The translations under genes were made by a program, and so were the position numbers. DNA of 64,000 bases from Octopus vulgaris (taxonomy: Eukaryota), in contig OX597832.1 of the NCBI GenBank assembly GCA_951406725.2, positions 20,026,001-20,090,000 on the forward strand. The letters run 5' to 3'. Positions 59,148-64,000 of the stretch are shown here, piece after piece (position 1 is the stretch's first letter; each line of letters starts with the position of its first letter). The notes beneath the pieces are model-generated. The model worked only from the letters and a program-made list of their open reading frames with translations, made no database searches and was not told where the DNA came from.

Positions 59148-59810
59148 TGTATGTATGTATGCATCAGTAGTCCGCCCAAAGCAACTGAGGTGTACGAAAG
59201 TGGTAATGACAAACGTGGGGCTTGTAACGCATATTGGTTAAAGAAAAACACCGCATTCAAATGCAAATAGCTCGTAGGTAGTATTTCGGACCCCATGCAT
59301 AGGTGTTTTTAGCTATTTCACTTGATTAAACAAGGGCTGCCGGCCAAAAGCGCGAATTAGCGGCCATTTTGTTTTTCTTCCCTCTCGTTGTGCTTTCGAT
59401 ATTATTTAGTATTTCTTAACAACTTTTTATATACGTCTCGTTTCTCTGGTATCTTCTTCGTATTTTCCTATCGCTTCTACATGCAATTTCTCCCTATTTC
59501 CTTAGCTTCGTTTCTCTTATATTTTCATTTGCTTAACACGATTTCTTATATGTGTTTCCTTTGTTTTGTTTTGTTTGTTTGTTTGGTGGGGTGTGTTGGG
59601 TATAGATTTCTTACATAATTCAATATTGCCAGATCAAGTTCGCTTATTTTCCTTTCTTTTGAATTTTTTTTCCTCTCTCCTCAGTAAGAAATTTCTTTAA
59701 ACTTTCCAAGTCTTACCCTTTATTTATTTCATGTTTGGCTCGTCTCGTTTCTACTCACACACTCCTTAGTAATCTAATGGTAACTTGACTACAAAATACA
59801 TATCTATCTA

Positions 59811-59888
<78 letters not shown>

Positions 59889-59906
59889 ACACATACACAC
59901 ACACAC

Positions 59907-59937
<31 letters not shown>

Positions 59938-59971
59938 CGTCTTCACTTCTATGGATCTTTCCTTTTCCTAT

Positions 59972-60006
59972 GTTTCTGACGAAGAGCTCCGCTCGAAACG
60001 TTAAAC
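59972..60006 (+). ncRNA. 35-nt minimal hammerhead ribozyme motif within a 59937-60034 island in (TA)n
   Basis: Stem I gttt/aaac; CTGACGA; stem II gagc-tcc-gctc; GAAAC-GTT (palindromic aacgtt, no loop III). Confidence 0.8.
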
Positions 60007-60032
60007 CCTTCTTCTTTCCTTCTTTCCTGAGC

Positions 60033-60074
<42 letters not shown>

Positions 60075-60078
60075 TATA

Positions 60079-60286
60079 CAGTAATCTCTAGACTAGCGCG
60101 GTTGTTGCTTTTCCGCGATAGGTGAAATTCCGCGAAGCAGAAACTGTACTATACTGTATTTTTTTTATTCCTGTAATTTGTATATATTTATTTTATTATA
60201 AATGTGAAACAACAGCACGGAGAAATCAACGTAAGTTTGATTGATAAACCGCGATAGGAGGACCGTGATATGGCGCGGGATTACTG
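60079..60286. mobile_element. Tc1/mariner/pogo-type MITE
   Basis: TA|cagtaatctc ... gcgggattactg|TA terminal inverted repeats; internal ccgcgatagg repeats. Confidence 0.75.
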
Positions 60287-60322
60287 TACATATATATATA
60301 TTACATATATGTATTTCTGTTT

Positions 60323-60744
60323 CTTTTACTTGTTTCAGTCTTTAGTCGAAGAAATCGACCCCAGTGCTTATTCTTTGTAAGCCTAGTACGTATACAATCG
60401 GTAACTTTAGGCGAACCGCTTGGTTTAAAGGACGTAAACACATTAACATCGGTTATCAAGCGATGGAGGGGGACAAATGCAAGCACAAAAAACATACATA
60501 CATACATACATATATATGTGTGTACACATACATACATATGTGTGTACATATATATATATGTATGTATGTGTGTGTGTATACGACGTGTTTGTTCCAGTTT
60601 CCGTCTACCAAATCCAATCATCAATCTTTGGTCTGCTCGAAGCTATAGTAGAAGATACCTGGCCAATGTGCCACGCAGTGGGACTAAACCCGGCACTATG
60701 TGGTTGGGAAACAGGCTTCTTAGCACACCTTCACGCATGTGCCT
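60323..60744 (-). mobile_element. SINE family B, near full length
   Basis: cttttacttgtttcagtc...cagtttccgtctaccaaatcc...gtgccacgcagtgggact. Confidence 0.88.
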
Positions 60745-60902
60745 ACATATATATATATATAAATAGATAGATAGATGAATAGATAGATTGATAGATAGAT
60801 ATATAGATAGATAGATAGATAGGTATATATGCGTATGTATGTATATAATTATATATATATATTTGTGTGTGTGTGTGTATGTGTGTATGTGTGTGTGTAT
60901 AT

Positions 60903-60937
<35 letters not shown>

Positions 60938-61264
60938 TATTCTGCTGGAGTTATGTTTCAACTTGTCCTCTGATATATTTTGAATATTCTAGAGGCTTGA
61001 CATATTCGGAAATTAACTGAAATACCCTTCTCCTCCAACTACCCCCCCCAAAAAAAAAAAGAAAACCGAAATGAACAAGAAGACGAATAAGATAAAAGGA
61101 ACGATGACTCTCCCCGTGAAAGAAAGAAACAACGAAGGAGAGAGGAAAGAAATATAGCATGGTTGGAATGAAAGACGCGGATTAGTGTTGTGAACATTCT
61201 ATTTCCTATTCTTTTTCTCACCTTCACTCTTGTCGTTCGTCGTAGTCGGGCTTTTTTGGTTATG

Positions 61265-61765
61265 TTTTGTTGTTGTTGTTGTCGATTGTGATCGTGGTTA
61301 TGTTGCTGTTGGTGATGGTGGTAAAGGTGGTAAAGGTGGTGGTAGTGGTGGAGGTGTTCTTGGTGGTGTTGTTGTTGGTGGTTGTGGTATTGGTGGTGAT
61401 TGTGGTGGTAGTGGTGGTGGTATGGTTATGGTAGTTGATGGTTGTGGTGGCAGTAATGGTGGTGGTGGTATTGGTGTTGATGGTGGTGGTAGTATGGATG
61501 TTGGTAATGGCGGGGGAGGTATTGGTGGTGATGGTGGGGGTGGGGGTGGTGGTGGTGGAGGTGGTATTGGTGTTGTAAATGGTTGTAGGGGTTGTAGTGG
61601 TGGTGGTGGTATTGTTGGCTGTGGTGATTGTGGTGATTGTGGTGGTTGCGGTGATAGTGGTGGTGGTATGGTAGGTGATGGATGTGGTGGTGGCATTGGT
61701 GCTGATGGTGTTGGTAGAGATAGTGGTGGTATTAGTGCTGATGGCAGTGGTAGTGGCGGTGTCGA
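61265..61765. repeat. Degenerate (GGT)n low-complexity tract
   Basis: Direct reading; explains the Gly-rich and Pro-rich ORFs. Confidence 0.9.
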
Positions 61766-61917
61766 TGTTGTTTATGTATTTCCGGTTTTACTCGGTAAGC
61801 GTAGCGAGACTAAAATTTTGAAGAGAAAAGCATTTTTTACGATGTACGAAGGACCGAAAGGTGGATACATAGGTCTTCTGTTAGTGTTTATTTATCATTT
61901 ATATACATGTGTGTATA

Positions 61918-61992
<75 letters not shown>

Positions 61993-62598
61993 TTATTTAT
62001 TTAATTATTTTGTTATTGTTCATATTATTTCAGCCTCTGCTACGACTTTTGAGGCAATGCTTTCTTTGTGTTGTTGTTAGTAGAGGTATGGTTGATGACA
62101 GCCATGGTGATGATCATGATGATGATGCTGCTGCTACTGCTGATGATGATGATGCTGCTGCTGCTGATGATGATGATGATGACGAGGTCGAAATAAGGAA
62201 CATGATAGCAAAAATGAAAAAAAAAAAAAGAAGGGGGAAGGAGAACATATATATTTCTTTCAGTGTCCAGTCAACTGGTCTTGTCATTTCTTGTGATTTT
62301 CACCTGCTTACTGACCTGTCCTTCATTGTTAGAAATTCTGGTGTGGTCACACTTCGGTGAATCTGAATACAATGCCACAAAATTATCAACATATCTCACT
62401 CTTTTTTTTTTCTCTCTCTTTCCTTATTTCTTTCAGTCTTTCTCACCTTCTCACCTCCCTAACTTCACACGCATTTAGACACACACAAATACACACGTAC
62501 ACTGAGAGACATACATAACACATACACTGTCACAAACCAGTGTACACGTGAGTCGCCCCCTCTCTCTCTATGGATATATATATATATATATATGTTTA

Positions 62599-62689
<91 letters not shown>

Positions 62690-63525
62690 GTAGATAGATA
62701 GATACATATATTTATATATGCACATACACCACACGCACAGATACACATAAACACCACACACACACACATACATACACACACACACATATATATATGTATG
62801 TATATAAATATATATGCATATATACTCACGTTTGATTATAAATATATATACATACATGCATACACATTCCAAACAGCAGGGACTGAATTTAAAGAGATGA
62901 AAGAGAAAACACAACCAAACGAAAATAAAATGAAAAAAACAAACTCAAACAAAAAAAATAAACACATGAACAGCCTAAACAATAAGGATGAAAGTAGCCA
63001 CTGGCCAATGTGGCATTAGAATGTAGTAGGTTAGGCGCAGGTGAAATATTTCATACGGGTGGATATAGATTGATCAGAGCGAAACATCTCAAACAATAAA
63101 AAACAATTATTTGAGTTCAGGGTAATTTGTACCTACACATCTACACAATAGGACTCTGTTCTTGACTGAATATCAATGTGAATGTTGTTATTGACATATA
63201 TATGTTGCTGTTGTTTGTTTGATCTTGTTGTTACTGCTGTTTTGTTTGATGTTTAGCTCCAGTTATTTCTAGCGGAAACGAATTATGATAAATAGCGTTC
63301 CATCCATGACTTTCTTGTTATGTTCAGTTGTATTATATCTGTGTTCTGCATTAAAATACTGAATGAAACCATTTTCGTAAGACAGTTTGTATTTGATTAA
63401 AAAACATCAGAAGCATATATATATATACAAATACATATACATATAATATGCGCACGCACACATATATATGCATATATAAGCATGTATATATATATATATA
63501 TATACTTATATGTGTGTGTGTGTAA

Positions 63526-63583
<58 letters not shown>

Positions 63584-64000
63584 ATATATACATATATATA
63601 TGTATTATGTATATCTATATGGCTCTCCAGTCGCGGACGAGAAAGAGAGTCACTGACCATTAAGAATGTTCTTTAGGCATGACTCTCAGAAGTGACTCTC
63701 ATAAAAAAAGACATGCAGAGAATGGCAATGGTAAACCTTTGGTGTCATTTACTTGTGCTTTAGACCATGGTACTTCTACATTTCTTGTCCACGACCAATA
63801 TTGGCACTAAGTATTTTCGTTTCAAAAATTTGGACACATGTGAAAAGCGAAACTTTTTTCTCATTTAAATCTGACTGAATTGAAAAAAATTGTGTCTATA
63901 TAAGCACCGGCAGAACGGACTCATGAAAAAGGGATGAATTTTTCTACTTTTTTATCTTTATTTTAGCTTGTTTATAAGCATCGTGTAGAGAATAAGATTC

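Noticed and set aside
61230-62360. 376-aa Gly-rich ORF and the antisense Pro-rich ORF
   Set aside because: Built from (GGT)n, (GT)n and (GAT)n tracts with a TTG start; low-complexity repeats simply lack stop codons

Overview
AT-rich eukaryotic genomic DNA dominated by microsatellites ((TA)n, (CA)n, (TAGA)n, (AAT)n, (GGT)n) and dispersed repeats. The SINE repertoire suggests an Octopus (coleoid cephalopod) intergenic or intronic region; this is inferred from the repeats and was not searched. No intact protein-coding gene is recognisable, and almost all ORFs in the supplied track are microsatellite read-throughs. Supportable features are three tRNA-derived SINE families (many copies), decayed Tc1/mariner transposons and MITEs, two non-autonomous Helitrons, and LINE remnants (an RTE-like 3' end and an L1/Tx1-like RT). 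The main discovery is a dense set of short cassettes from several sequence-unrelated families. Most sit inside (TA)n tracts and are often tail-out inverted repeats. They carry minimal type I hammerhead ribozyme motifs with palindromic stem III, which is the signature of Penelope-like element (PLE) termini. Across families the catalytic core varies at the tertiary 3:8 pair (C3:G8, U3:A8, G3:U8) and shows recurrent A6U and U4C variants. Also noted are a perfect 100-bp locally templated insertion inside one ribozyme arm and a chain of candidate + strand exons (12.2-18.6 kb). All structures were read by eye; no folding or database search was run.
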